A DNA stretch of 64,000 nucleotides from Hyaloraphidium curvatum SAG 235-1. Taxonomy: Eukaryota > Fungi > Monoblepharomycota. This document shows positions 45,034-56,723 of this stretch, piece by piece. The number at the start of each line of letters is the position of its first letter. Position 1 is the first letter of the stretch. The position numbers were made by a program, and so were the translations under genes. The notes below the pieces were generated by a model. It was not told where the DNA came from. It did no database searches and saw only the letters and a list, made by a program, of their open reading frames with translations. The stretch is from contig JAIVFI010000041.1 in NCBI GenBank assembly GCA_025558095.1, positions 310,001-374,000 on the forward strand. The letters run 5' to 3'.

Positions 45034-47710
45034 TCACTGAGGGAACAAATGTCCAGAAGCCCGCAACGCCTCCGTCGCGGCCTCCAATGCCGCGAGCAGC
45101 TTGCCCCTGTCCACGGGCTTGGGGATCCAGTCGTCGAAGCCCGCCTCCAAGCACAAAGCGCGGTCCTGGTCTAGCGCGTGGGCCGTCACGGCGATCCTGT
45201 GGATTCACAAAGTTAGACCGGCGATCAGCAAGGTCCGTGACCGGCAGAGACACTCACGCCGGGAGGCGGCTCGGTCCCCACGCGCCCTTGCCCTCGCCCT
45301 CCCTTATCCTCTGCACGAGTTCGATGCCGTCCATCACGGGCATCTGGATGTCCGAAACCACGGCATCGTATTCCCCCCGCCTCGATTCCAGCTCCCCCAG
45401 CGCCTCCTGCCCGTTTTCGCACATCCGGATGCTGTGCCCCATCTTCTTGAGCATCCGCTCGATGACGAGCTGGTTGATCTTGTTGTCCTCCGCTACCAGC
45501 AGCCGCAGAGGGACAGAGGAGAGGCCGGCGGACGGGGAGGTCGGGGATTTGGCTGTCAAGGAGCCCGACATCGTTGATCGGCGGGAGGGGCTCGGCAGGG
45601 GAGGAGGGATTGGGGCGGTCGCGGCTGACGATTCCGGGGAGCGGGCGCGGTAAGACTGTCGGTCCTCCGGCGGCAATGGAGCCTTCTGTTGCGGAATCGA
45701 TCCGGGGCGCGCCGGATCCGGCGACAGAGGCGGCTTTTCCTCGACCACCGAATGCAGGAGGCCCGGCATGTCCGACCGCCCTGCGGCATCCGATTCCGGA
45801 GGTGTCCAGGCGCTTTCGGGCAGGCCCACCAGGGCGGGTGACGCCGTCCAAAAGTCCGCGAATCCGCTGGGCAGGGACGCCTGGGGGCTCGGCGGCGGCA
45901 TCGTGACCTCCAGATCCCTCGGCGGGGATCCCCATTCCACTTCCGACAGGGCCTCGTCGTCGCATGAGGAAACCGGGACGGCAAAGAGGAACTCGGAACC
46001 GACTCCCTCGTAGGATTCGCGGAGGACTAGGGAGCCGTCCATCAGCTCGGCAAGTTGCTGCGAGATGGCGAGGCCGAGCCCCGATCCACCGTGCCGGCGT
46101 GTGAAGGAGCCTTGTCGGATGGGCGGCGAGTCAGCTCAGCTCACCGCCGGCAAAGGGAGAATGAAGGTCTCACCGTCCACCTGCGTGAAGGCGTCGAAGA
46201 TGGAACCCTGCTTCTCGGCCGGGATGCCGACCCCGGTGTCCCGGCCAAAACCCGAAGGAGGATGTCGGCCGCACCGTCGGAGGGACCTTGCGCCGCCAAG
46301 TCCACAGCGTAGAGGGGCACCGCGTCGACGGTCACACGGACCGATCCTTTGGAGGTGAACTTGACTGAAAGATGGTCCCAGTCAGCTTCCTTTCGGCGAC
46401 CGTGCGGCATCCCGGCAAGAACTCACGTGCGTTCCCGACGAGGTTCACAACAACCTGCAATATCCTCCTGCGATCGGCCCGAACAACGGGAGGCACCGAA
46501 TGCGACACATCCGCGGCAAACTCGATTCCGCGGCGGGCCGCCTGCAGCCTGGCCGGGTGCAGCACGGCAAGCAGGGCCTCCTGGAACGCAAATGCAGACC
46601 GATCCAGCCTCATCCGTCCCGAGGACACCTGCTCGAGGTCCAGCACGTCGGAGAGGATACCCAGAAGGAGCTCGCCCGATGCCCGCGCGGTGCGCAGGAG
46701 TTCGCGCTCTTCGCGGCCCATGTTGCCGTTGCTGTAGAGGTCCTCGCAGATAGCAAGGACACCGTTGAGCGGGGAGCGGATCTCGTGGGACACTGACGAC
46801 GGGGGCGGTAAGCCGGTCGGGAACAAGAGGGCCCCGGCGGGCAAAACCCACTGTTGGCCAGGAATTCCGATTTGGCCCTGTTGGCGGCTTCGGCGGCGTG
46901 TGCGGCGTGCGCGTATCTCAATCGGAGCTTTTCCTCGCCGTACCAAAAGGTGCGCCGAGACATAAACGTCACGTAGGCGCTGCTGCTCGAGAATATCATG
47001 CCGAAAATAAAATGGACAAAGAGCGGGTCCGAAGCCATGTCCACGGGGGTCTGGTGGGCGTGCGCAGGGAAGAATGTCCTGAGGAACCAGGAATACAGGG
47101 GCGCAGAGAAGCAGATGACCCAGATCCAGCTGGCCCACGCGACCACGATGAGGCGGAACAGGTAGCGGTGGTGCAGGAAGAGCGTCCCGGCCTGGATCAC
47201 GACCACCATGATGTTGGAGGAATCCTTGACCTCGCGGAGGAAGAAGAGGTGGGCGATCGAGTTGAGCAGCATGAGCCCGTCGACCATGGCCACGATGGGG
47301 TGCGCGTTGCGCGTCTCGGGGCGCCTCTCGGCCTCCTCGGGGTCGAGCTTCTCCAGTCTCCGCAGGTAGAAGACGGCGGAGAACATGGCGAACGTGCTGA
47401 CGCCGGCTAGCGTCGCCATGATCACGTTGAAGGGGGCCGGGAGCAGGAACGGATGCGCCAGGGTGAGGAGGAGGAAGTTGGCCGCCTGTAGCGTCACCGT
47501 GCGGCCGACCGTGCGCGCGGTGGCCACGTCGCCGGCCGCCCGGAGGTGCGCCGCGTTCGGCTCGTCGGCGGGCATGGGGGAATCGTCTCCCGAGAGGGAC
47601 CGCGGGAACGGCGCGGCGTCACCGCCCACGGGTCCTGCCGTGCTCCCGCGCTTCGGACCCCGGCCGCGCAGGGTGGCAGGCGGCAAAGCCGTGCTATGTC
47701 CGGCGGCCAT
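45034..47710 (-). CDS. Membrane-bound hybrid sensor histidine kinase (about 6 TM + HisKA + HATPase + receiver)
   Basis: [12 protein letters not shown]|.[73 protein letters not shown]; several introns. Confidence 0.93.
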
Positions 47711-48386
47711 CTGGCGTATTCCGATCGTAGATTCCTGGGTGGCGGGCCGTCCGCGCGGCCGCCGCAGTTGATCCGCTGTAGTCTTTCCGAGCCGCCGCCG
47801 GTCCAGACCCGGACCATCACCGATTGCGTCCCATTTGCCGGGGAATCCCGCCGGGCAGATCCGCAACGTCAACCGCACTCGGCATGGCAAGAGGTGGATG
47901 TCCGCGGGGGATCGGACGCAGGCGGAACCCACGGCGACTCCTAGGGCCGGGCGGTTGATAGGCTGGTGCGCGCGTGGACACGGTGGCGTTGCAGTGGCGT
48001 CGATCGCTGATCACCTGCGTCCCTAGGCTGTTCTTCCATTCCTCCGCGGTGCACTTCGCTGGCAGGACGGGAAAGCGGCCATGCTTATCGGAGGGGTGTT
48101 GCACGAGCTTGCATCCGGGACCATACTGTCATGCGGTCACTCCTGCCTGCGTGCGCTGAAACAGTGCACCCCAAGGGCAGACAGGGCCGGCTCAAAGGCC
48201 CAACGACGGCGGGAATCCAAGAGCGGGGCGGGACGTACCGGTGCGCCTTGGAGCCCGACGGTCACGCGGAAGAGAGACTAAACTGTTGGGCGTCGCCGTT
48301 GTAGTTGTTGTTGGCCATGATGGGCGATGGGTGGAAGTCGGCAGGAACTCGTGTTTCCGGTGTGTTGCACATCCCGGGCAAACGAT

Positions 48387-49844
48387 TCACCCCCTGCACG
48401 CGATGTCCAGGCTCACGACGACCCCCGCGGACCTCAGCAGCGTCCACAGCCCGACCAGCACCGTGAACGAGGTCAGCAGCACCGTCCTCACGACCCCGAA
48501 ATCCACCGCGATCCCCGCCAGCCGCGCCCTGGTGTCTCTCACACGCGCGAACGTGGCTAGGACGTCCGCGGCCCGCGCCGCGTCGTCCCTGCGGAGCGAC
48601 AGCCCGCGGAGCTCCGTTTCGGCGGCGGAGTACAAGGCGGCGATGCCCTCGATCTCGGCGTTGGAGGTCGCGAGGCTGACGACGTCCACGGTGAAGGTGA
48701 CGAGCATCTGCACGAGGATGGCGGGCACGTAGGCGGGCACGCACGAGCCGGCGGCGATGTTGATGATCGAGCAGACGGCGGCCGCAGCGAGGTAGAAGAC
48801 GACGTAGGGGGCGCTGGTCATGCCCTGCCCCGAGCGGGCCGCCCAGATGGCGGTAAAGAGGGCGTGCAGTACGACCAAGGGTTCGTCGGCGGAATCGGTG
48901 GGGTCAGGGACTCCAGAGGAGCCGTCTTCCTTCTCGGCGCCGTCTTTGGTCCGGAAGCGTTGCAGCAAGGCGCGCAGAGCGATGGCGGCCGCCCTGTGAC
49001 GGAGCCGGAACTGCAGGTTCCGTATCGGCGGGTTCGCAACGAAGCGCACTGCTACGAAGTAAGGGCAGCACAGTGCGAGGTAGACGACCACGCTCAGGTT
49101 AGGAACGATGCCCCACCACACGTGCCAGGTAACGGGTGCCATTGTCACCAAGCACGTGTAGACGATCAGAAAGAGGGAGGCGATAAGGACCGACGTCCTG
49201 ACGAGGTACTCTGCCCAACGCCAATAGCCTGCAGCCCGTGGTAGCCCAGCCGCACAGCTCTTCAGGAAGCACGGGCAAAGGTCGTCGTCCGCGTCGTGGG
49301 CCAGAAGGCGTGCCTCCGATTCGCCCTTGGAACGTACCACCTGCAGGTATCGGGCGACGACGGCGAAGGGGTGGGATGAGGCGTCCTCGTCGGGTCCGCC
49401 GGCAAGTCGAGCGCTTGCGCGCGTAACGAGGCCAGCGCGGGCGGCGGAGGCAATGAGGACAAAGAAGGACATGCACGCGTAGCACACAACGGCAGCTAAC
49501 CCGGCGGCCATCTGCGTCCTGCCGAAGGGGCTGGCGGCCGTGGCATTTGCGAACCAGGCGACGACGGCGCACAGCGCGGCGAACGGCGCCCACGCAATCG
49601 ACAAGAGAGGCACCGCCCGGCCCGCCCCGCGCACCAGCGATATCTGCAGCGCGGCGGCCGACCACGCCGGTGTGCAATCCCGCAGTTCGCGGAGCAGCAC
49701 GCGGCGCGTCAAGGGCTCCGCCGCACGCAACTCTCTGCCGGGGACCGCGGGCGGGGGCGCCCCCAGCACCCGCACTGCCGGTGCTGCCTTGGGCGGGGGA
49801 TCCGGAACAACTGCAAGCCACTCGCGAGGCGCTAGGAACTCCAT
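48387..49844 (-). CDS. GR-like 7TM family copy 5 (intact, intronless)
   Basis: APREWLAVVP, PFGRTQMAAG, HDADDDLCPCFLKSC, GSCVP, LATSNAEI, ARLAGIAVDFGVVRT...LWTLLRSAG..C. Confidence 0.85.
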   Translation of the reverse strand: MEFLAPREWLAVVPDPPPKAAPAVRVLGAPPPAVPGRELRAAEPLTRRVLLRELRDCTPAWSAAALQISLVRGAGRAVPLLSIAWAPFAALCAVVAWFANATAASPFGRTQMAAGLAAVVCYACMSFFVLIASAARAGLVTRASARLAGGPDEDASSHPFAVVARYLQVVRSKGESEARLLAHDADDDLCPCFLKSCAAGLPRAAGYWRWAEYLVRTSVLIASLFLIVYTCLVTMAPVTWHVWWGIVPNLSVVVYLALCCPYFVAVRFVANPPIRNLQFRLRHRAAAIALRALLQRFRTKDGAEKEDGSSGVPDPTDSADEPLVVLHALFTAIWAARSGQGMTSAPYVVFYLAAAAVCSIINIAAGSCVPAYVPAILVQMLVTFTVDVVSLATSNAEIEGIAALYSAAETELRGLSLRRDDAARAADVLATFARVRDTRARLAGIAVDFGVVRTVLLTSFTVLVGLWTLLRSAGVVVSLDIACRG

Positions 49845-50069
49845 GACGCGAGGAAGGGCGGAGGACGTGCCAGGAATACAGTAAACACAGAATCCCTTAC
49901 CGCACCCGAACGTATACCGTTGCTCGCGTCCTCCTCGCCCGTTCCTGGGCCGTTCTGAGCCTCTCTGTCGTTCAGTTAGATCGGAACGCCGTCACCGAGG
50001 TCGTTCGCTTCTCGCTGCGCTCGAACAAGGGGACCAAAAGCACCCTCGGGCAGTGCGACATTTATCTAC

Positions 50070-50338
50070 ATGTTTGCCCACTGCGACGACCCGCCCTGCC
50101 GGGAGCGCGCCGCTGCGGCCGCCAGGGAGCGGGCGGGGAACGATCCCGAGGCTTTGCCGAGGGCTGGTTCTGCGCCGCCTGCCCGGCCTTCTCCACTGAC
50201 AAGACTCGGGGGATGCAGAGATGCGGGAGGTGCAAGGCGGCCAGGTACTGCTCGGCCGCGCGCCAGCGCAAGCATTGGCCGCAGCACAAGACGCTCTGCG
50301 TGCCCAGGGACGCCAAGGCGAGGCCGGAGGTGGATTGA
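50070..50338 (+). pseudogene. Degenerate MYND zinc-finger gene fragment
   Basis: CAAC...RCGRCKAARYCSAARQRKHWPQHKTLC, with one MYND Cys replaced by Arg and a frameshift upstream. Confidence 0.7.
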
Positions 50339-50505
50339 GGCGCAATCGCCGGTGGAGGGACTTGGATTGGAAAGCCACGCCCGACTTTCCCTCTCGTCAA
50401 ATCTTGGAACAGGAAATGAATTGCATCACAAACAAGAACACAAAAGAAGATCGCTTGCGGCACTGAAGCCGCGATTTCCACCTAAAAAGTCCGCCTCAAA
50501 GCCGG

Positions 50506-51463
50506 TCAGTGTCCGTTCGCCCCGTTCACCTTGGCCTTCTTCGCCGGCTTGCCCTCTCCTTCGTCCCTTCCCTCCCTCCTGAGCTGCGACGGGATGATCT
50601 GCCCCGCCCAGTAGTTTTCGCGGCCGTACGGGAGCAGGTCCATCGCCGCGAACGCGGTCTGTAGCCCCTCCAGCCCCCGCGCGTAGGCCGCGTAGGTCTT
50701 GTACACCTTGCCGTCGCGCTTGTGGAACACGGTGATGCCGGGGAGGTACCGCATCGGGAACGGCGCCCCCGAACCCCAGTTGTACAGCGCCAGGGGGTGG
50801 TCGGGGTGGGCCTCCTTAAGCTTGGCGACCCACGCCCTGCCGGGCCCGGCGGACTTGAGGAACTCCATGGCGACGGCCACCTGCTCATCGGTGACCTCGA
50901 CGCCCATGTCGGCGGCGAAGGTGCTGCCCGCGGTGGAGTAGACGGGGATGGCCCAGCCGCGCTTGGCGGCCCAGGCGTCCATCTTGGCGGCGTCCGCGGC
51001 CGCGGTGATGACGAGCTCGGCACGCTCCATTATGTGGGCGTAGGCGCCTGAGGAAAGAGTCAGTCGGCGTCGGGGGAGGCACGCGGCCCGGCGGCGGGTC
51101 ACCTTGGAGCGAGTCGACCCAGAAGGAGCAGGTCGGGCAGCCGTCCTCGTCCTTGGGGTTGTACATCATGTGGTACACAATCAGGTCGTCCTTGTCGCCG
51201 AACAGCTCCTCCAGCGAGCGCGGGCCGCCGACGCCCTGGAGGGTGTAGCCGCCGACCTCGACCCACGGCAGCTCCTGCCGCTCGGCGACGATTGCGTCGT
51301 GCAGCCGCGTGAGCTGCCTCTCCTTGGCGGCGAGGGCCTCGCGCGCTTTGCGCCACTCGGCGGCGCCGACGACGGTGGGGGCCGCGCCGTCGGCGCGGCG
51401 CGTGGAGCGCGTCACGTCGCTCTGCTTGGGGAGGTCGAGCACGGGGGCGGCGGCGGGGGCCAT
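50506..51463 (-). CDS. DUF899 thioredoxin-like protein
   Basis: EW..AR..L..KE..LTR..D...AER..LPW, SL.ELF, LIVYHMM, CPTCSF..D, TY..YARG.E, DLLPYGR; one intron near 51101-51048. Confidence 0.88.
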
Positions 51464-52245
51464 GGCTGCGTCTTCGGAGCAAAAAGAGCGTCGGAGAAGG
51501 TAGAGTGTCTCTTCAACGTCCCGGGAACCCGAGCATTTGATTTGGGACGGGGGTTCCAGGGATTAGGCGACACGCCGCCGTGTGGCGAGGATTATCAAAC
51601 CCGCCGTCGTCCCACGCACACCGCCATCCGGAGCGGCCGGGGATATATGAAACCCCCGGATGTGAGCTGTCGTTCGATTTCCTCCGCGAATTGGAGCTCG
51701 GGGACACCTCAGATCAACTCTATTTCAGTCCAGCCAGAGGTCTTTCTGCATCCGCGCTCAACCCGTGCAACGGTTGACGAGTCGGGTGACCGCACGCGGT
51801 CAGACAGCCAGGGTTTTGCGATGTTGGAGCGCGTTGCTTATCAAATCTCCGCCCGCACTCCCGCCCGCGTCTTTCGGCGGTCCGTGCTCCGGGCCTCCAT
51901 CCACTAACCGGCGGCCGTCCGTAGCCCAGATTCTGGGTCAAACGCAAAGCGTATTTGTATAGATTTTCATCCAGCTCTCGAGAATTGGCTGGGGACCAAC
52001 GTCCGAGACAGATTAGCGAGGGGGAGGGGGATCGCACGGAAACGGTGGCGAGGCGGTCAGATGGCTTCGATCGACGCACCTCCGAGCAGGAATCCATCTC
52101 GTCCCCATGATCGACTATAGCTCCATGACTATCTGCTCCATCTCCGACATCTGCTCGATGTGTCAAGTTCCGACACCGCCCGACGGCTGTGCGCGCGATT
52201 CGAGGGTGACATTGCGCGACGCGTCCACCACCCAACAACGGCGCG

Positions 52246-53739
52246 ATGGCGGCCCCTCCACTCTTTGACTGCGTGATTATGGGCGCCGGCCTCGCCGGCC
52301 TCTCGGCGGCGGTCGCGCTCACGCGGGCGGGCGCCAAACCCATCGTCGTCGAGGGCCGCACCCGCGCCGGCGGACGCGCGTGGACCGAGAACGGCTTCGA
52401 CCTCGGGTGCACGTGGCTCCAGGACTGCGGGGAGGGTGGGAACCCGCTGTACGATATCGCCAAGAAGAACAAGCTTAAGCTAAAGGAGTCGGACTATGGC
52501 GAGACGACGCAGATGTACAGCGTCGTGGGGGAAGTCTCGGACTCGTTCGACGCCGAGACGGAGAAGCTGTTTGAGAAGGTCAACAAGAAGGTGGAGAAGA
52601 AGCGGGAGGACACCGACACGGACGTGCCCCTGCTGCAGCTCGTGGCCGAGGCCATGAACGAGCTCGGGATCACACAGAACGCGGACGCGAACAAGGTGCA
52701 CATGCAGGCCATGCTGAACGTCGGCCACGAGTACGCCGCGGATCTGGCGGAGCTCTCGGGGTGGGAGTACGACGAGGGAGAGGAATTCGACGGCTCAGAC
52801 TACGTGCTCGCGAAGGGCATGGGCCAGATCGTGTCGATCCTCGAGAAGCAGGCAGCGTGCCCCATTGTGCTCGGCGCCCCTGCCATCTACGTCACCCACA
52901 TTGAGGACGGCAACATTGCGGTCCGTGTGGCCGATGGACGCGACTTCTTCGGCCGCACGGCCATCGTCACCGCCCCGCTCGGGGTGCTCAAGGTTTCGGC
53001 CTTCCCTGGCACCCCGCCGACGCCCGCCACCATCGGCTTTCAGCCGCCTCTGGACGAGCCGGTCCTCGAGGCCGTTCGGAAGCTCGGCATGGGTGTCTTG
53101 GAGAAGATGGTGCTCGAGTTCCCGTCCTCGGCCGGAAAGCTCTTCCCCTCGGCCGAGATGTTCTCCTTCTTCGACGCCGATCCCTACTGCTCCCCGACGG
53201 AACCGGGCCGCCGCCCCTTCTGCTCGATGCTCAACCTCAAGAAGTTCACCGGCCGCCCCGCCGTTCTCGCCTTTGCCGCCGGCTCCGACGCCCGCTGGCT
53301 TGCCTCGCTCCCCGACGAGGCCGTGCGCGGCATGCTCCTCAATCAGCTCCGCCAGATGTTCGGCAGCCAGCTCCCGGAGCCCACCTCCTTCGTGCGCACG
53401 CACTGGGGCACCGACCCCTTCTCGGGGGGATCCTACTCGTTCTACGCCGTCGGCAGCAACCAGAAGGACCGCAAGGCGCTCCGGGTGCCCATGTGGGGCG
53501 GGAAGCTGCTGCTCGCGGGAGAGCACACCAGCGTGGGGTACCCGGCGACCATGCAAGGGGCATTCCTGGAGGGGAAGGACGCCGCTGGGAGGGTGCTGGG
53601 GCTGCTGGGAATCAAGGGGAAGAAGGGGGCGGACCCCGCCGCGTACCGGGACAAGGAGGCGGACGAAGATGAGGAGGAAGAAGAGGAAGAGGAAGAGGAA
53701 GAGGAGGAGGAGAGCGAGAGCGAAAGCGAAAGCGAGTAA
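52246..53739 (+). CDS. Flavin-dependent amine oxidase (polyamine oxidase/LSD1-like family) with acidic tail
   Basis: GAGLAGL.AA, EGR.R.GGR, DLG..W, T.PLGVLK, W..DPFS.GSYS, AGEHT, T.QGA. Confidence 0.93.
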   Translation: MAAPPLFDCVIMGAGLAGLSAAVALTRAGAKPIVVEGRTRAGGRAWTENGFDLGCTWLQDCGEGGNPLYDIAKKNKLKLKESDYGETTQMYSVVGEVSDSFDAETEKLFEKVNKKVEKKREDTDTDVPLLQLVAEAMNELGITQNADANKVHMQAMLNVGHEYAADLAELSGWEYDEGEEFDGSDYVLAKGMGQIVSILEKQAACPIVLGAPAIYVTHIEDGNIAVRVADGRDFFGRTAIVTAPLGVLKVSAFPGTPPTPATIGFQPPLDEPVLEAVRKLGMGVLEKMVLEFPSSAGKLFPSAEMFSFFDADPYCSPTEPGRRPFCSMLNLKKFTGRPAVLAFAAGSDARWLASLPDEAVRGMLLNQLRQMFGSQLPEPTSFVRTHWGTDPFSGGSYSFYAVGSNQKDRKALRVPMWGGKLLLAGEHTSVGYPATMQGAFLEGKDAAGRVLGLLGIKGKKGADPAAYRDKEADEDEEEEEEEEEEEEEESESESESE

Positions 53740-53883
53740 GTCTCCGTTTCACAAGGTTTAGGGGATCGCGAAGATCGGATCGAAGTGAACAGCAAGCGAC
53801 CTCTATATTCCGGTCGAGAAGCAAGCTGGACGAATCTTCTGTCTGATCGACGTGGGGCCGCCGATTCTCCACGTCCGGTCGAG

Positions 53884-55389
53884 ATGCCTCCCCCGCCACC
53901 GACGGACCTGCTGGACTTTTCCGCCGCAGAATGGCGGGTCATTTTCCCCACCGCGCCGCCGCCGTCGGCGGGCGCGCCGTTCGCGGACCGGCTGACCCTG
54001 GCCGCGGACGGGGACAGCGACAATCCGTTCCCGGGCGGCGACAAACACGCCGGCGCCGACCAATCGGACCCGATTACCTACGAAAAATGGGTAGAGGCCG
54101 CGTCGAAGCGTGGAGGTGGTTGGTTCGCGTTCCAGGAGCGTGCCATCCGGACGCTCTCTCCATGGATGGCGCTCAACCGCACGTGGTTTCCCCCTGTCAT
54201 CCACGTCCTGGGCGTTCTCTGTGTCATGCCGTTTCCATTCTTTTTGGACTTCGGGGGCACATTTGGCCGCACGCAGCTCATTGCGGGCACGGTCAATCTG
54301 GGAATAGCTGTCGTCGTGGGGAACCTCGCCTTCACCGTCGTCGTCACCAGCAAGACTAGGAACGCGCCGCGAGCATGCGACATTCATCTCTTCGTCGTGC
54401 AGCAGCTGTTCCGGCTTTGGCAACTGCAGAAGGACAGCGGGTCGATTCTCATCGCGCACGTTGACGGTGACCCTCTGTGCCCGTGCGACGAATGCGCCCG
54501 CCCACTCGTGCGGTGGATACCCTGGGAGCGCCTACTTCGGAGCTTTGCGCAGCAGATTTCCACGTTGTTGTACATGTTGCTGATGGGCTGGACGGCCCTC
54601 GTCTACCTGGGCGGCTCTGTCTGGCCCAAGTCCTGGGGTGCAACTCTCGGCGCCTTTTCGTTGTTCGCGATCCTGCAGTACAATCTTCCTGCATTCTTTG
54701 CCGGCTTCGTTCCAGCGAACGACCCGCTCGTTCGCATCGGAACTCGCATCTACCGTCGCGCTACGTACCTCGGGCTCTCCTCTTTTCTGATCCGTGCTGC
54801 CGCTGCCCTGACGGATCCCGCCTTTGACTCGGAAATATTGCCCGCCAGAGAGCTTTTCGTTGAACTTCACCGCGGCTATTCGATCCGCTGGTCCGCCTGC
54901 GGCGTCAACCCTATTACCTCCTTGCTTAGTTTTGCATTCCCCATGGCCATCCTACTGCTCATCATCGCGGTTTCCACCGGATCCTGCATTCCCGGCTGGA
55001 TTCTTTCATATTTCGTCTGGGTCCCCCTCTTCGTGGTGCTCGGCTTGTTCGAGATTCCGAGCATCAACGGCCAGATGGACGCCATCACGGAACTGTATCG
55101 CGGCGCGCACCTCTCGCTGGTCAGCCTCCTCTCCGAATCAGCGGGGCTCCCCGCCACGCCGGAGCGCGAGGCGGCGCGGGACCGCCTGCGCGCCCGGGCG
55201 GCGCTGCTCCATGCCCTGACGGGCTCCGCGGAACACCACAGGATCAAGTTTGCGGGGCTGCCTGTCACCTATGGTTTGGCCAAGACGATCGCCGTGACGC
55301 TGCTGACATTGGTGGTCGGGTGCTGGAGCATCTTGCGCGGCTTCGGAGTGTACGTGACCTTGCAGACGTACTGCCCGACGCCGGCTTAG
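53884..55389 (+). CDS. GR-like 7TM family copy 6 (intact; tandem subfamily)
   Basis: FSAAEWRVIFP, GTFGRTQLIAG, HVDGDPLCPCDEC, GSCIP, SINGQM, IKFAGLPVTYGLAKT...CWSILRGFG..C. Confidence 0.85.
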   Translation: MPPPPPTDLLDFSAAEWRVIFPTAPPPSAGAPFADRLTLAADGDSDNPFPGGDKHAGADQSDPITYEKWVEAASKRGGGWFAFQERAIRTLSPWMALNRTWFPPVIHVLGVLCVMPFPFFLDFGGTFGRTQLIAGTVNLGIAVVVGNLAFTVVVTSKTRNAPRACDIHLFVVQQLFRLWQLQKDSGSILIAHVDGDPLCPCDECARPLVRWIPWERLLRSFAQQISTLLYMLLMGWTALVYLGGSVWPKSWGATLGAFSLFAILQYNLPAFFAGFVPANDPLVRIGTRIYRRATYLGLSSFLIRAAAALTDPAFDSEILPARELFVELHRGYSIRWSACGVNPITSLLSFAFPMAILLLIIAVSTGSCIPGWILSYFVWVPLFVVLGLFEIPSINGQMDAITELYRGAHLSLVSLLSESAGLPATPEREAARDRLRARAALLHALTGSAEHHRIKFAGLPVTYGLAKTIAVTLLTLVVGCWSILRGFGVYVTLQTYCPTPA

Positions 55390-55591
55390 GACGCAATGGT
55401 GGACTGATGCAGTAGTGCCGGAGCTTTGCTTGGGACTATTGGAATGGTCGAGCGTCGCACGGAAAATCTCATTTTATCGCGTTCGAGCTAAGAGAAAGTC
55501 CAGAGCGCCCTCGATCGAGTCCGGTGTGTGTGCCAGCATCGCGCCAGGCGTGGCGGCGAGGAGGTCAAAGAGCACCTCAAGATCCTCCGCT

Positions 55592-56127
55592 TCAAACAGC
55601 TGTGCAGAACCACGTCACATGGTCGTCGAGCTCCGACCCGCCAAGTTCCGGCACTGACATGGCATCGTCCCGCGCCAGAGCCTCTTTCGCGCACCCGAGG
55701 TCATGCACGGCGTTGATGAGCCGTTCTGCGTCCATGACGGTCGCCGCCGAAAGCCTCGAAATCAGGTCCTTGTCCGTGACGAAGCTGGTCACCGTGCCCC
55801 TCAGCTCCCGGGACACGCCGAGCGAAACCACCGCAGGCGGGCCGAAAGCCACCACGCGGACGTCTGTGTCGATCTCCGGGGCGAGCAGGGAGCCCACGAG
55901 TGTGGCGATCGCGGCGCCGAGGGAGTGCGACCAGCACGATGCGGAAGCCGGCGGTTGGCGTCCACCAAAGACCTGAGGCCCATCATAAACGGTGAGGTCG
56001 GCTTTGTGACGAGCTGCGCCACGGCGAGGAAGAACCCGTGCGCGTACCCGCCTCGGAAGGGCGCGCTGTCGGCCGCAAAGTCACACAGCAGGTCCGTGAT
56101 CCCGGCACTACCGCGTACGACGATCAT
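55592..56127 (-). pseudogene. Class 3 lipase fragment (frameshift in the GHSLG motif)
   Basis: IVVRGS.GITDLLCD, AH.GFF, HSLGAAIA, AFGPP, D.ISRLS. Confidence 0.75.
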
Positions 56128-56458
56128 GAACGCGATCACGGAACTATATCGCGGAGCGCACCTCTCGCTCGTGAGCCTTCTTTCCGAGTCTGCGGGTCTT
56201 TCTGCTACAGTTCACCACGAGGGTGTGCGAGACCGTCTGCGCGCGCGGGCCGCGCTACTCCAGGCGCTCATGGGCTCGGCGGAGCACCACACGATCAGGT
56301 TTGCGGGGCTCCCGATTACTTACGGGCTTGTCAAGACTATTGCAGTCACTATGTTAACGCTGGTGGTCGGTTGCTGGAGCATCTTGCGGGGGTTCGGGAT
56401 CTTTGTAACATTGCAGTCGTACTGCCCTACGCCTGCGAAGCTAATGACCTGCGGCTGA
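56128..56458 (+). pseudogene. 3' fragment of the GR-like 7TM family (copy 7)
   Basis: AITELYRGAHLSLVSLLSESAG...RFAGLPITYGLVKT...QSYCPTPA; the 5' three-quarters is absent. Confidence 0.85.
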
Positions 56459-56723
56459 TTACGCTCGAAGCTGATCAATCAGTGTTTGCTTCTGTGGATC
56501 GGGTACTGGTCAGAGAGCTGGACCAATGGCAGTTCTTCACGTCGAATGGGGAGCGGAAGTACCCATGTATCCATGTAAGGCTCCGGCAATCAGAAAGATC
56601 GGGTCGAAATGAAGAGCCGTTTGGGGAAGCCGGCCGTGGGGAGCCTTCTCTTGGGATAACGCTCGCCAAGGGCGATGCGACGCACAGGCCGCGGTGCGCT
56701 TCGCGTGATCCGCTTCGCTAACC

